From: the human T2T-CHM13v2.0 reference genome, Homo sapiens | Assembly (NCBI RefSeq): GCF_009914755.1 | Contig: NC_060926.1 | Direction: 5' to 3' (one strand) | Length of the DNA: 64,000 nucleotides | Shown here: piece by piece, positions 1-18,690 of the stretch | How positions within the stretch are numbered: position 1 is the stretch's first letter | Layout: each line of letters starts with the position of its first letter | Program-made: the position numbers and the translations under genes | Notes under the pieces: model-generated | What the model was told of the DNA's origin: nothing | Database searches by the model: none | What the model saw: only the letters and a program-made list of their open reading frames with translations

Positions 1-340
<340 letters not shown>

Positions 341-1589
341 TCACTTCTTGGGGGAGTTAATAAGAACCAATAATGCCAGTTTATTGAGCTGTGCCTGGCA
401 TGGCGCATACATTATCTCATTTGATCCTCACCAAATCCTGTGGGGGAGATACTGTTTTGCACCTACTTTACCCATGAGGAAAGAGAGACTCAGGAGGGTT
501 AAAGATGTGCTCAAGGTCACACAGTGATCCAGATTAAAACCCAGCTTGTGGGACCCCAAAACCTGACTTTGAACCACTGAATTGAAGAAACCTGCAATCC
601 TCTCCCTGATGGTGGTTATGTGCTCACGAGCACACAGTGGGGCTGCAAGTACACAGGTGCCCGAAGCCCTTCCGGGAAAACCCAGAAGCGACTCCTGTAA
701 GAGCAAGGCCTGGGCTGTGAGTGTGCATTTCCTCTCCTGGCTGAGACACACCCCGGCTCTTCCCGGGGCCCACTTGCTTTTTGTCCCCTAGGAACTGAAT
801 ACTCCGGGCTGTGGCCAAGGCCCTGCTGTGTGCTGGACATGGAGCCAGGCCTCACTGCATGTTCCCCTCGGTAACCCAGGAATTCCATTCTCAGAGGGAC
901 CTGATGTTTCTAGATCCATCAGTAATGACTTTAGTGCTCTGAACGGCCTGGGCTGTTTCTATTTATGATGTTGCACTCACTGGGCCAGAACCCCCGGCGG
1001 GCAGGCCTTGTCACCCCCTGGCAAGATGACCAGCTTTGGGCTTTTTGGGCACGAGAGCAAATCGACCAGTTTGGGTAGTTTTCCGGGTGTGTGGAGGCTT
1101 CTTCCAAAAGGCAGTCTGGCTGGGCTTATTCAGAAGGACAATCCAGATGCCCCATCCAACTCCAACAACCCAACCTCCAGGCTGCTTCCTAGGGAGCCAC
1201 GCTACCCATGACACCCAACACCAGCGACATCAGGGAGAACGGGAGCCAGAGGGATCACCCTGCCCTAGCCCTCCGAGAACTGAGAACGCCCGATGTTTGT
1301 CTGATTGTACTACAAACACTTCCCCGGAAGTAATAAAAATGTGTCCACAGGACCCATGGCCTGGCCAACCTTCCTCCGAGCACATCCTGCGGGGACCCTG
1401 GGCAGGGACCTGTTTCCTTCCCCTGGTGACCTCCAGCGACCCTCTCTTTCCTTCCCTCACTCGCTCCCCTTTTCACTGCCTCCCCTTCTCCTGCGTCCAG
1501 GCTTTTGAGGGGAGGTGGCCTCAGTCCAGGGGCTCTCCGGTCCCCCGGGGTAATGCGATATGGGGGTATTTTATTTCCACCCTTAGGGA

Positions 1590-2060
1590 CCGTGCCTGCC
1601 AAGCTGCCTCCCGGGCGCCCCGCCACCGCGGGCTCGACGCTGCACCCTGCCAGGACCAGGGCCAGGACAGCCACTTATCACCTCCCCGCTCAGGCCCCGG
1701 GAGCGCAGACCCTTGGGTAGCCCGCGCGCCGCCGCCTTACCTGTCAGCTGCGCGGCCAAGAGGAGCCACAGCCGCGGCCGCATCGTGGCGCGCCCGGGAC
1801 ACCTGGCCCCGGGGGCTCGGCGGAGACAGTCGCGGCTGGGGTGGGTGAGGAGCTGGCCGGGCGGGGCGCCTGGGTCGGGGAGCTGGGGGGGCAGTGGGGA
1901 GGGCGGGACCGGGCGCGGTGGCGGCGGGAGTCTGGTGTTGGGGACCGCGAGGTCTCCGCCCTCATCCTCCTAGCATTGCAAAGGTCTGGGCTGCGTTTCC
2001 AGAGCCCACCAGGACCCTCCGCTTTCCAGAAAGGAGGGGACACCGCCGGCCTCCCCCAGG
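1590..2060. promoter_or_regulatory. CpG island / CD8B promoter
   Basis: CpG-dense, GC-rich stretch around exon 1; GC boxes (gggcgggg ~1859, gggcggg ~1901), multiple G-runs. Confidence 0.8.
1741..1783 (-). CDS. CD8B: CD8 beta chain, exon 1 coding part (signal peptide MRPRLWLLLAAQLT, phase 1); rest of gene lies left of window
   Basis: ATG at 1783-1781, 43 nt, then GTAAGG donor (ccttac at 1735-1740); peptide matches recalled CD8B N-terminus. Paralog CD8B2 not distinguishable from this exon alone. Confidence 0.92.
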
Positions 2061-2954
2061 CAGCTGCATGTGTGTCATCGCCCCCTGCCCCGGGAGGTGC
2101 TCAGGAAAGGGTTGTGACCCCGAGTGACAGTAGAGGCTCAGAGAGGTCAGGATGTGTAGTGCATGGTGGAGCTGGCCACTAACTCGGGCCGCTTCTTGTC
2201 TTGTTTGAGTAGCAATTGAGGGGCTCCTGGGTGCCCCGGGCTGGGCTGGGCCTGGAGTCAGCAAGCCCCAAGTCTTGCCCTCCCTTGCCAGGGAGGAAGG
2301 AAAGGTAACCGGCTGTGACACTGAGGGAGGTGAGCTGGGAACTGGAGGTGCAGAGAAGGCCCCGACGCTGTTTGTAGGTTGTGGGGGTGCAGCAAGACCT
2401 AGATCTTAAGAATTTCGAAGGACTGTGACGATCACCGGCTGCGCCCTGCCGGCGAGTGCCCTGGGGCTGGCTCTATTTGTTGCGCGATCCAGCCCTGGTG
2501 GGGAGATTTGTGAGGGGAGACCTGGCTCAGGCTGTGTCTTCCTGTTCAAACGGGGGTTAGTAGAGAGGGGGTTGGGGAGGTCCAGGGAGAACTGGGCATG
2601 CAGCCTGCAGGGGAGAGGGACCCCTTGGAGGGCTGCGGGAGAGGCTCCTTGTAAATGTCAACAAAGACCCAGCCAGGCAGGTCCATGGGTTACCCTAAGA
2701 GCTTAGAGTTTATCGGAGAGGAAATGGCGTGTCCCCTGAGATCTAAAGCAGGCAGCCGGGCAAGGACACTGTCACATTTGGTCTCCACATCCAGTATTCT
2801 TTCCATCCCACTCTTGCCCCAGCCCCTCTGCCCATTGCTGGTGACAGCATTGCTCATGGCTGAGTTGGGTGCAGAGAGTTCAAAGGCACTGGGGGAAAAG
2901 AAGTCACTCAGCCCAGCCAGAGGCCAGAGTCTCGCTGGATACTGCCTTGGCTCC

Positions 2955-3520
2955 CATACAATGTGTGGTCTTTAGCGAATGGCTTCTTTGACTCAGCGCA
3001 ATGTTTTTCAGGTTCATCCCCATTATAGCACCATTTCTTCTTATTGTTGAGTAATATTTTGTGTATGTACCTGTATATACCACATTTTCTTTATCTGTTC
3101 ATCTAATGATGGACATTTGAGTGGGCTACTATATCTACTTTTTGACTTTTGTGAGTAATGCTACTGTGAACATTCTTGTACAAATATATGTTTGGGTGCC
3201 TGTTTTCAATTCTTTCAGGTATGTACTCAGGCAGTGCAATTGCTGGGTCATACAATAATTCTATGTTTAACTTTTTGAGGGACTAACCAACTGATTTCCA
3301 TAGCAGCTGTGACCATTTACATTTCTGCCAACAATGAAAGGGTTCCAATTTCCCCACATCATCGCCAACACTTGTTATTTTCTGTTTTTGTTTTGTTCCA
3401 TCCTAGTGGGTGTGAAGTGATATCTCATTGTGGTTTGGATTTGTACTTCCTGAATGAGAAATGATGTTAAGCATCAATTCATGTGCTTGTTGGCCATTTG
3501 TATTTCTTCTTTGTATGTGT
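2955..3520 (-). mobile_element. Old L1M 3' fragment
   Basis: Typical antisense L1 3' motifs (ctattgtgaacatt-like, ggttccaatttccccacatcatcgccaacacttgttatt, gatatctcattgtggtttggatttg). Confidence 0.75.
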
Positions 3521-3699
3521 ATTAAAAGTATTTGTTGTTTAGAAAACACAAGCTACCTCTTTCTATCCACTCTCTCATGGGCGCCACAGCATTGCAAAAG
3601 GAACAACTTTCTCAGTAAATGATTAAAAGTTACTCACTGCTTTGTCAGGTATTGTCTAAAATCATAGACAGGGAACCCCTGGATGCATTAGTTATGGAA

Positions 3700-4110
3700 A
3701 CTCTTGCGTCTGTGATAAATTAACCTCTAAATATTAGTGGTTTAACTCAATACAAATCCCCTGCATTGTTCTGTGACATTCAAGTGCAGTTGTGCCAGGG
3801 AGTAAGGAGTATTTGCTCCACTCAGTCCTGCAGGGGACCAGGGTCTTTCCCCCATCTTCAACTCATGGCTCCAGAGATCACTGTGCAAAGGGAAAAGAGG
3901 ATGACTGCCTTCACCAGGGCAGTGTAGGGGGTGCTGGGGCTGGGTACCAGGCCTGGAAGCATCAACATCACTCTGTCTACTTTCCACTGGCCAGAGCTCA
4001 GTCACATGGACTCAATCATACCATAAGGGGCCTGGAAAATGGAGTGTACTTGAGTGCCCAAGAGGAAAGGGGAAATGGAATCAGTGAATACATAACCAGC
4101 ATGGACCGCA
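3700..4110. mobile_element. MLT1-like MaLR LTR relic
   Basis: Motifs ccactggccagagctcagtcacatgg and ctggaaaatggagt...gtgcccaagagg resemble MLT1 consensus. Confidence 0.5.
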
Positions 4111-5197
4111 CTGGTATAGCAGAAAGAGCACTGGTTAGCATCACTTCTCTGCTACTTACGCACTCTCAGGCCTCTGTTTCTACGTGGATAAATGAGGAAA
4201 ATAATACCAACCATGCCATCTCACTGGGTTATCTTCAGGGCTAAATAAAATCCGGGATCTGCTTGCCCATTGAACTTGGAGGAGGTAACTCAGCAGGTCT
4301 CAGATGAAGCTATCACTTTCTTGTGGGACTGGCTTGGAAAAACATTGAGGGCATGGAGATGGTCATATCGCTTGAGGTGGGCTGTGGGCAGTTAGTGGGT
4401 GGGGTCAGGGAAGCCAGGTGCACAGAAGGACCTTTCCTTTGATGTTCATGTGTGCCATTGGATATTCATTCAGGTGAATAACCTGTTTGTAATTAATTGT
4501 CTGAACCTGGAACAAAACTCAGTTTTGCCTGTCAACATAAAGTACCTTTCCCTCTCAGGTTTTGCCTTCTCTGAATGTAGCGGTTTTTAGTCCACCATTC
4601 ACTTGTGCCTTTGCTCTTCCATTTTCCTGGTCTTGGCTACAGATCAGCTCATGCTCTGACTTCTCTTCGGTTGACGTTTGTTCAGTACAGGTTGGTATAA
4701 GTATTTGGGGACCTCACTATATTGTCTTCTGCAGCTGTGCCTGAGTGTTGACTGGTTAAAATACTTGTCCATTTATTATAAAGCAATCTCCTCTTTTATA
4801 TAGTTCAGGATTTTTGTTGACTTGTTTTGAAATTACATGTGTAGATAGAGCCTATTATCTGTGAAATTCATTTCAGGACAGTGAAAGTATCATTACAAAG
4901 AGTCGTTCTGGTGAAGGAGGGCTGGTCTGATGGGTTGAGAACTGCTAGATTGGGTCATCGCAGTGTGACCCGCTGCCACTGTGGTGCCTGGCCAGAACTC
5001 AGTCACATGGACTCAACCAAACTGTAAGGGGCCTGGAAAATGGAGTTTAGTTGGGTGCCCAAGAGAAAAGGGAAATGGAATCAGAGAATACATAACCTGC
5101 CTGGACTGCACTGGTATAGCAGAAAGAGTGCCTGTTAGCATCGCTTCTCTGCTATTTACCCACTCTCAGGCCTCAGTTCCTATATTCATAAATGAGG
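3987..5197 (+). repeat. Old diverged direct duplication of ~210 bp (3987-4197 and 4988-5197)
   Basis: Colinear match ctggccaga...ataaatgagg in both copies; similar peptides in ORFs 3792 and 4981. Confidence 0.85.
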
Positions 5198-5265
5198 GGT
5201 GCTCTTTAAATAGCTGTGGAAGGAGTGAACAGGTAAAAGGACTAGTGTAAAAATTAAGATAGTGC

Positions 5266-5604
<339 letters not shown>

Positions 5605-6043
5605 TTAGATCAGTTTTACAGAGAACATTTTGAACCATGTAGAATAAAAGCTTATTAGGCTGATGCTCACTTTCCACTTGGAAATCTCACACTTAGTTCT
5701 AACCCAAATCAAAGAGAAGAAGTCTAGATTGCTTTTTATAGTCTCCTTAGGAAAAAGTCTCAAATATCAAACTAACCACCATCAAAGGGAGCCCAAATCA
5801 AACAAAAATATATTGAATAAGCCTCTTTTAGTAGGGAGTTAATGATTCCACTGTTACCATTAAAAGAAATGAAAGCAGAATCCCTCCTACTCAGAGAAGT
5901 GACATGAGGTGTAAAGCAAAGAAAATAATGTCTTTAGAGAGTTTATTTCCAAGTTGGAGACCAGGCCCATGGAATGCTCCCCTATTGGAGGTCAAAGTGC
6001 AGCTCCATATCTCAAAATCAAGTTCGTACAAACACTTTACTAG

Positions 6044-6436
<393 letters not shown>

Positions 6437-6614
6437 TAAAATGTTGAAACACTATGTTCATATTGTACTGTCAATCAAAAATAAAAAAAAAAATGTTAAA
6501 AAACATAAGAAAGAATATCCAGGATTTTTAAAATCACATAAAGAAATGAAAGTCTCTTTTTCTGCTTCTACCAATTCCAGACTCTAGGGTGAGCCTTTTA
6601 ACAAAAAGAAATTA

Positions 6615-7125
<511 letters not shown>

Positions 7126-7856
7126 AAAAGCTAATTTAAAAATTATGACTACCCAGAAGACATCAACCATTTCTGTATCTAAATTAGCAAACTTATTGCA
7201 ACATAAATCTCTGTTCCTTAAATACTTTTCAGACTAAGTGTGCCATGCTTGTTGGTCTTTTACTTCTTTGTGCACAAATGCAGTAGTAGAAGGAAGAAAA
7301 TGAGATGGGCTGGGGTACTGAGTGTCAGTTAAGGGATCTGGCTTTGCTCAGGACCTTGGCCAATGAGAGATCTATCGGTTCTAATTATATCTATAGCTAT
7401 ATACGCAGGTGCATATGCATTTATATTATTTTACATAGTTCAAAACATTCTCTGATAGATTGATCTAAAATCAGCTTGTGTTTGGGAAATTTTCTTATTG
7501 TTTGGCAGTCTTAGCTCTTAGCTCAAACCTGGTGAGCAGAGTGGTCTAGATTCGAGCCCCCACTCACCTCCTTGGCTGAGCATCTGTATCTTGTGGCCCT
7601 GGGCCTATCAGCAAGACATAAATTGGAACCTGGGCTGGACACTAACTGGTGCCCTGCCTTGGGGGAATGGCTTTCCTATCTGGGTCCCACAGTTCTCATA
7701 TGAATCACACCTACTTCACAGGACATTTTGTGTGATCAGAGTCAGCATGTAATGCAGTGTGTTCTATGCCCACCACCCCACACATGCTTACTGAGCACAT
7801 GCTCTGCTATTCCAGGCCCTGTGCATTCCAGGCATTGTGCATATATTGATAAACTA

Positions 7857-8422
<566 letters not shown>

Positions 8423-8446
8423 GGAAAATAAATAATTTAAATAAGT

Positions 8447-8700
8447 TGTTGCAACCTTATTCTGTGGCTTGAAGAAAATGTGACTGTGGAACCTGAGCTA
8501 CATAGCTAACAGCTGCAACTTCTGCTTATCTGATTATAGATTCATCCTTTTTAAATTTTTTTTTGTTTGTAAAATGTTGTGAAAGACTGAATGGCACCAA
8601 GATAAGACCCCTTCCCTTCTGAGTCACTGATCTTTTGTTATAGATTAACTTCTTCTCTTGTACCAGGTGGCACAAAATACTCCATGACTATTAAATTACT
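8447..8700. mobile_element. ERV1-class LTR-like fragment, truncated at the inverted duplication junction
   Basis: Resembles MER4-group LTR (agataagacccct...ctttgttatagattaact); family uncertain. Confidence 0.4.
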
Positions 8701-8733
8701 CAAGATGCAGCTGGAAGCTGCATCAGCTCAAGA

Positions 8734-9636
<903 letters not shown>

Positions 9637-9719
9637 AAGAATAACATTTAATTCACAGCAAAATAACTTTGTGGCTTTAGAGGAGCTGCAAAGGAACTAC
9701 ATAGGCTTTGGGTGTTTGT

Positions 9720-10472
<753 letters not shown>

Positions 10473-11224
10473 AGTTATCCACATTTTTTTAGTAATAAAC
10501 TGTACTGTAATAGATTAATAATTAGATTAATTAGATGTAATAATTAATTAAAACCTAATACCCTTAAATCTGCAAGCATAACTGTTCCATGGCTAGAGTT
10601 ATTCATGCCTCAGTTCTCTGGGTTTCGACCAATAATTGAAATTGATTGTAGTTATATATTTAGGTGGGATTGGGGGTGTCACAGCTACTTAAGACATTTG
10701 ATAACCTATGTTTTTTGTAGATTGGTCAGCTGAAAGCAGTTCAACCTCTGATGAATTAGAGTAATGTGTGGTTTTTTATTGTTTTATTCCAATATGACAA
10801 TGATCCCTTAGATGTACTTTTCAAATGAGGTTCTGGCATCTAACCAGAAATGACCTTAAATGTTGAGAAGCCATGTAGTTATGGGACTACAGAATACAAC
10901 TTGTCTAAATACTTCATATATAAAGTATGGAAAAATTAGCGTATAGTAGTGGGAAACACGGGATAGGTGGTGCGGGACATAAGTACTTGTTGCATCTCAG
11001 TGGTTTCCTATAGTGGTAACTGTCAGTCTGTGACTAAAATGTGATAATTGCAACTGTCTGAATCAGATCTAGAATGCCCTTTTATGTTATGACCAACTTA
11101 TACACTTACCAGTCTGATATAATTACTTGACACCTATGTAAGGATTAATGACTTGTGTGTTTATGGTATTTTTATTCTAGTTTTGAGTCTGGAAGCTGAC
11201 CAGAATGTGTTTGAATTCATACAG

Positions 11225-11461
11225 AAATAATGTTGATATTTGGAACCCATGTCGAACTTCTATGAAGAAAGGACAACGAAGTTTGCAGCCAGGGATTTGC
11301 AGGAATTTGTTCCTTTTGGTGGAGACCACTGCAAGCACCACCCTAATGCTTTGAACCTTCAACTTCGCCAGCTGCAGCCAGCTTCTGAATTATGGTCTTC
11401 TAATGGTGCTGCTGGCTTTGTGGGATCCCTTCAGGAGGTTACAATCCACGAGAAACAGAAG
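11225..11461 (+). pseudogene. ANAPC1P1: ANAPC1P exon 2 (ATG at 11249; MSNFYEERTT...HEKQK)
   Basis: acag acceptor, 213 coding nt, GT donor at 11462. Confidence 0.9.
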
Positions 11462-11659
11462 GTTCCATTGAGTTTCCCATTGTGTTTTTGAAATGTAGAG
11501 TGATATAATCTACTTGTAATTTAAGGCTACTAAGATGCAACTGAGAGATCGGTGTGATGCCACTTCTAGGGTAGAGTTAAGGTGTGGTAATTTCAATAAA
11601 TGTTGAAAATAATGACTTTATTACATTGTCATAGCGACTTATTTAGATACCCTCTATAA

Positions 11660-11981
<322 letters not shown>

Positions 11982-12177
11982 AACTTGTGGTTTTATAATG
12001 TGAGTCAGGTTCAGTAGTACGATTGTTGTCCATTTTAAACCTTTTTCTTTTCACTTAATATGTGGGGACCAGATTTCATGTTATTTAATGATTAAATGGT
12101 AGAGATTAGAAGTAGTCCCTGCTGCAGAAGATTTACATGTTTCTAAAGGAGAGAAGAAATGCCACAAAAGTAGGTAG

Positions 12178-12503
<326 letters not shown>

Positions 12504-13104
12504 TAGGGGAATGAGATGTTAAGTGTGTGTCAGAAAATGAATCCCTCCTGCCTTATTCCATTGTCATATCCCTTTGGGATACCAAAATCTCGGGGAGGGA
12601 AAGCCTATGTAGTTACAAATGGAAACTTCTCTTTCTTCCATTCATTTTGGTGGGTGGGACAAAGGAAAAGAAGGTGAATATATATGTGATTGTGAAGCAG
12701 GAAGTCTGCATTTGTGCGTAAACTCCCCGAGTGATTCCCACGTGCACCTCACTGTCCTTTCCCTACCCTACCTCATATACTTAATATGTCTTTTTAGTCT
12801 CCCAAGCATGTGATTTGACTTTTGGAACTATAGAGAAGGTGTACTTTTTGTTCGTTTTTGTTTTTGGCAGAGTAATATAGAGGAATAATATAAAACATTC
12901 AATATAGAGAATTATTGCGTAAATTCTTCATGTAATTCTGTAATGTAATGCATATATCCACATCCTCTGTTAATCAGTGTACCAAACTTTGTAGGAGTTG
13001 TGTTTGAATTGAGTCTTACTCCATGGGCAAATAAATTTTGTTCCAGATTTTTGAAGAACAAAAAAAGAGTCCTTGAATATGTCTTACATGTGTTAATTTT
13101 TAAG

Positions 13105-13266
13105 GAAAGCTGGCAGTTAAGGAAAGGAGTAAGTGAAATTGGAGAAGATGTGGACTATGATGAGGAACTCTATGTTGCTGGAAATATGGTGATATGGAGC
13201 AAAGGAAGTAAAAGCCAGGCATTGGCAGTTTATAAAGCATTTACAGTTGACAGTCCTGTTCAGCAG
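13105..13266 (+). pseudogene. ANAPC1P1: ANAPC1P exon 3 (ESWQLRKG...SPVQQ)
   Basis: 162 nt, taag/gtgagt. Confidence 0.92.
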
Positions 13267-14234
13267 GTGAGTTGATTTGAATTTTAGCATTTGATTCACT
13301 ATTTAATGCAATTAAAAAAAGTTTTGTTTTAAAATTTAACAGAAATGATAAAACCAGCCTAATGATCTCAGCAGCTGGGTGTACGTTGTAACATGACATA
13401 ATGTAATGTGAAGATAATCGCAGGAAAATAAAAATTTAATTTTATTTTATATATCATCACTTTTTTTACACTCTCCTTTGTCACTTTAATGGTAATCTTT
13501 AAACACTCTGTCCTTATGTAATTCAATTTGTTATTGCCAGCAAAAACCTATGAAACATTAAGAGTACAGAAATATTTTAACACATGATTACTATAATTGA
13601 TTGCAAAGATTTGAATAAATAAAAATCGTGGGATTCATAATGGTAGAGAGAAAGGAAAAAATCTGCTTTGCAACCATTGCAGTTGGCTGTTATAACTAAC
13701 TGTTCTGAAAGTTGATAATGAAAGGGAAAGAATTAAGCATTTGCCATATTTTTTCAGGAAGACATGCAGTTCATCTCCATTTGATGAAGGAAAACTTGTA
13801 CTTAGAGAAGAATGCCAGCTAATAAATGTAAAAGGAATTGTAGAATTAGAATATCACCATTTTGTAACCTCCATTGCAATAATGGATTCAAACAAGGATT
13901 GTAAATGGATACTAACACGGTTGGTTGAAAGAATATTACCATGGCACCAACACATCACCCTATGGATTACCTGGTAAATGTGAAGGAACAAATGTACCTC
14001 TACTTTGGAGTTATTTGTCAATCTCCACCTCAATCAAGTGATTGAGTTTAGCATAATTAGTAGTGACATGAAGGAATATTATGTGCTTCTAGCTGTAATA
14101 CAGAATGAAGTACGTGATGTCATCTAAGTTTTCTTCCCAAAAATATGAATATTTAGACCTAACTTCCTGTTTATAGGAAATATAGGCAATAGAGAATTAT
14201 ATTTTAAAATACCATGAGATAAGGAAATAGATAG

Positions 14235-14585
<351 letters not shown>

Positions 14586-16789
14586 AAGCTTGATAATTAT
14601 TAAAACTGGCTGATGGGTATTCATTATCCTATTCTGTTTACTTTGTATTTATTTGAAATTTTCCATTATAAAAAGTTTGTAGTCTACATTCTGGTTTCTT
14701 TAAAAAAGTCACGGAGAAAGAAAAAAAGGTGGGGACTGTTCTATATTGAAAGAGACTGAAGAGACATCACCAAATGCAGTAATTTTTGATCCTTGTTAAA
14801 TGAACTTTGATTGAGTCCTGGTTTTAGAAAACTAGCTAAAAAGATATTTTTGGGGAAAATTTGGGAAAGTTGAAAATTACTGGCCAGTAGCTGATGTTAG
14901 AGAAGTATTATTTTTTTCTTAGGGATGATGATTTTATGGTTTCATAGGAGAACATCTTTATTTTTAGAAAAGGCATGGTGAAGTATTTAGGGGTGAAATG
15001 TCATGATGTGTGTGCAATTTATTTTTAGACAGTCAGCATTCCCATTCCAAAAATCCCATATGTACACAAATGCACACATACAAACAAATATGGCAACATT
15101 TTCATGATTGTTGGATTTAGGTGAAATATGTCTGCTGCATTATTTCAACTTTTCTTACTGAAAATTTTTATAACAAAAAGTTGGAGGAAGAACTAATGCA
15201 TTTATTGTAGATGAATTAGGGTTGACAAGAGGTTTTGGAGGCTTTGACTAATGTTAAGTTTCATTTTTGTAAACGCTGAAATCTTTGTATCTGGACACTG
15301 CTTCCTCCCACTCCTCCCACCTACCATTAACTATTTCCTGGTGAGTATTGTATTCTAACTATTTATTGGAAAGGATAAACTGAATCATTATTCCAACATT
15401 TGAGGGCATATGTGAAAGCATTTGTGTCCTGGAGTGTTGAAGCCAGTGATCTTTTTGATGGTAATTTTTTTCCCATATAATTCATATAGTTAGTATAGAT
15501 GTGAAAAGTGCATTTGATGATATCCAAGTAGTTCTTTGCTTCTATATCTTCATCTTAATTTCTCCAAGAATGGTTGCCTGTTTACTAGATTCCATGGAAG
15601 TGCAGTTAGATACATTATCTCCTTTATCTTAAGATCACTTGTAAGTGTAATTGTAAGATTTGGAATTTCAGTCTTTTGATCTGGAAAATATATTGTTACT
15701 TAATCTTCTTGCTAATATGGAGAAAGATAATTTTCTATTTTGTTTATGAAATAATATCAGGTATATGTGACTCCGATTTTATCTGTTCATTGTTTTACCT
15801 ATCCTGCAAGTATTTTTTTTTGGTTGTTCTTTTTATTTTTTCATTTATTCTTTTTGTTTTTTAATAGAGATGGGGGTCTCACTATGTTGTCCAGGCTGGT
15901 CTTGAACCCCTGGGCTCTAGTGATCCTCCTGGCTTGGCCTCCTAAAGTGCTGAGATTACAGGCGTGAGCCACTGTGCCTGGTCTTCTGCAAGTATTTAGT
16001 CTCACTCTGTTTCAGACATTATGCTGGGGCTACAAAGGTGAATGTAGTTTCTGCCATTGAAGGACTCATAGCCTAGAAAGGAGAACAAACAGATCAACTG
16101 AAATGCTGTATTCTGAATGCTGTATAATAACTACCTGTCCACAGAGTGATGAGAGCCCAAAGGACTGAGTGCCAAAGGGAGGGTTTTTCAAAGAAGATGC
16201 TATTTGTGTTATAAAATGGTGGCAGAAGGGCATTCTAGGCAGAGGAAATCATAGCAAAAAGAATTATGGAAAAAGATGACTTTTTAAACTTCAGAATGGC
16301 TGTACAAAAAGAGTGGGTGTGGAGAGATGCAAGTGGATGCTGGCAATATACAGACCAAAGGGCCTTGTATATAAACCAAGGAATTTGGATTTTAAGCTGT
16401 GTGCTGAAGGGAGCTTGCCAAGGATTTTAAAATGGAAGCGATCAATTTTGTGTTTTGAGAAGAGATTGCTTTGTTAGCAATATATATATAGGATTGACTG
16501 GAGAGGAGGGAGACTGTTGTCAGGGGCACTATTTTGTGACTGTTCAGGTAAAAGATTGGTGCCTTGGCAAAGAAGGGGTGATAAAGCAGAGGGAGATGTG
16601 GAAGGGGTTAGTGATCTCTTAGGTATCAGGGATAAAAGAGATGTTAAAATATTTACTTTTAGAGGCTGAGAGGATGGGATTTCATGAAAGGAAGTTGAGA
16701 CTGTAATCGGTGCATTGTAGATTTTGGACGTTTCAGGTTGGAGCACAGCTCTCATGCATGGTTTTCTTCATGAATTTTCATTTCTTAAC

Positions 16790-17850
16790 CATTAAAATCT
16801 CCCACAACTCAGCAATAAAACAAACTACCCAATTAAAAAATTGGGCAGAAGGACTTAAATGGACATTTTTCTAAAGATGCACACATGGTCAATAAGCACA
16901 TGAAAAGATGCTCAGCTTCGCTAATCATTAGGCAAATGCAAATTACAACCACAATGAGATACCACTTTACTAGGTTGGCTGTTATTAAAGAAACATAACA
17001 AATGTTGGTGAGGATGTCCAGAAATTGGAACTCCTGTGCATTGCTGATGGGAATGTAACATAGCTGCTGTGGAAAAGTTTGGCAATTTCTCAAAAAGTTA
17101 TACATGTAGCCAGGCATGGTGGTGCATGCCTGTACTCCCAGCTGTTCAGGAGACTGAGGCAGGAGGGTCACATGAACCCAGGAGTTCTAGGCTGCTGCGA
17201 GCTAGAATCATGCCTTGCATTGCAGTTTGGGTGACAGAGTGAGACCCCATCTCTTAAAAGAAAAGTTACGCTTAGAATTACCATTATGATCCAGCAGTTC
17301 CAGTTCTAGGTATATGCACAATTGAATTGAGAGCAGGAACTCACAAATACTTGTATACCAGTGTTTTCAGCAGCATTATTTATGACAGCCAAAAGGTAGA
17401 AACAACCCATGTCCACTGACAGATGAATGGATAAACAAATGTGGTATATGCTAACAGTGGAATATTGTTTAGCTTTAAAAAGGGATAAAATTCTGATACA
17501 TGCCATAACATGGATGAACCTTGAAAACATTATGTTAAGTGAAATAAAAGAGATATAAAAGGACAAATGTTGTACAGTTTCACTTACATGAGATACCTAG
17601 CACAGGCCTTTTCATAGGGAAAGTGGAATAGAGGTTACCAGAGCTCAGGGCATTGGGAAATGGGGAGTATTGTTTAATGGGCACGGAGTTTCTGTTTGAG
17701 ATGAGGAAAAAGTTCTGGAAATGTGCAGTATTGTACAAGCTCACAAATTGTACTAAGCTCATCAATTTAATGTTAATGCCACTGAATTGTCTACTTAAAA
17801 ATTGTTAAAATGTTAATTTTCATATTGTGTATATTTGACCACAGTTTAAA
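16790..17850 (+). mobile_element. Old L1M 3' end interrupted by an Alu monomer (~17107-17262)
   Basis: L1 ORF2 end and 3'UTR motifs (aataagcacatgaaaagatgctc, atggatgaaccttgaaaacattatg). Confidence 0.85.
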
Positions 17851-18434
17851 AAAAACCACAAAATGCTGTTAAATAATAAGTGATTGCCAAGTATGTCAGT
17901 TAAAGTTTAATAGCTTTTCCTAGTTTATATTTTGTAAGATGGGCTTTTAAGAAAAGGAGGAGTTAATTTTTCTAAATACTTTTTCAAAAGTCAGTCTAGA
18001 GAGAGTCTAAGAATAAGATCAATTGTTTAATCTAGAGATTATAAAGTTTGAATAATCTTTAGTTTTATATAGGATATAGGGTTTAGTATGGTTTGAGCCA
18101 CTATTTGAATTTTTGCTGCAAAGTTTCTATCTGGTAGATTTTTTGATTCTTGTCTTCTCTTTTTGTAAAATTTATTTTTTTAATTTAAAATTTTAATTCC
18201 TATGGATCTTTTCATAAAATTTAATTGTAAACGTATTTCGTCTTTCCTTATCATATTTATCATTTATTACTCTAATTTATTTTTTCTTATTCTTTTTGTT
18301 CCCATGATTGTACATGTTGAGCTGAGGAGGCAAAGTTATTATGTAGATGCTATTATTATTATTTAGATGCCATTAGTTAATAGATGATTATTTAGATATA
18401 ATTTTCTTAGGTAAGCATTTTGTTTTGATTTTAG

Positions 18435-18486
18435 GCACTGTGGTGTGACTTCATTATATCACAGGATAAGTCTGAAAAGGCCTACA
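18435..18486 (+). pseudogene. ANAPC1P1: ANAPC1P exon 4 (ALWCDFIISQDKSEKAY)
   Basis: 52 nt, ttag/gtaagt. Confidence 0.9.
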
Positions 18487-18690
18487 GTAAGTTTCTTTTT
18501 GAAATTTTATTTTTCTTATGATGATTCCAAATATTTATCTCATTGTATTTTTCATTCAAATGAAGTAGCCACTAGTAATAGTGGTTTACCATAAGCATCT
18601 TTATATTGTGCATTAAATAATTTGTGCTGTTAGGATTGAATTCCTTTGAGGGAAAAAACATATAAGTCTTGTTGTACCCTTTCTTTTCAG

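Noticed and set aside
1036-2182. 270-aa and other overlapping ORFs across the CD8B island
   Set aside because: Stop-poor GC-rich sequence, non-ATG starts, no recognisable homology; only the 43-nt CD8B exon is supported.
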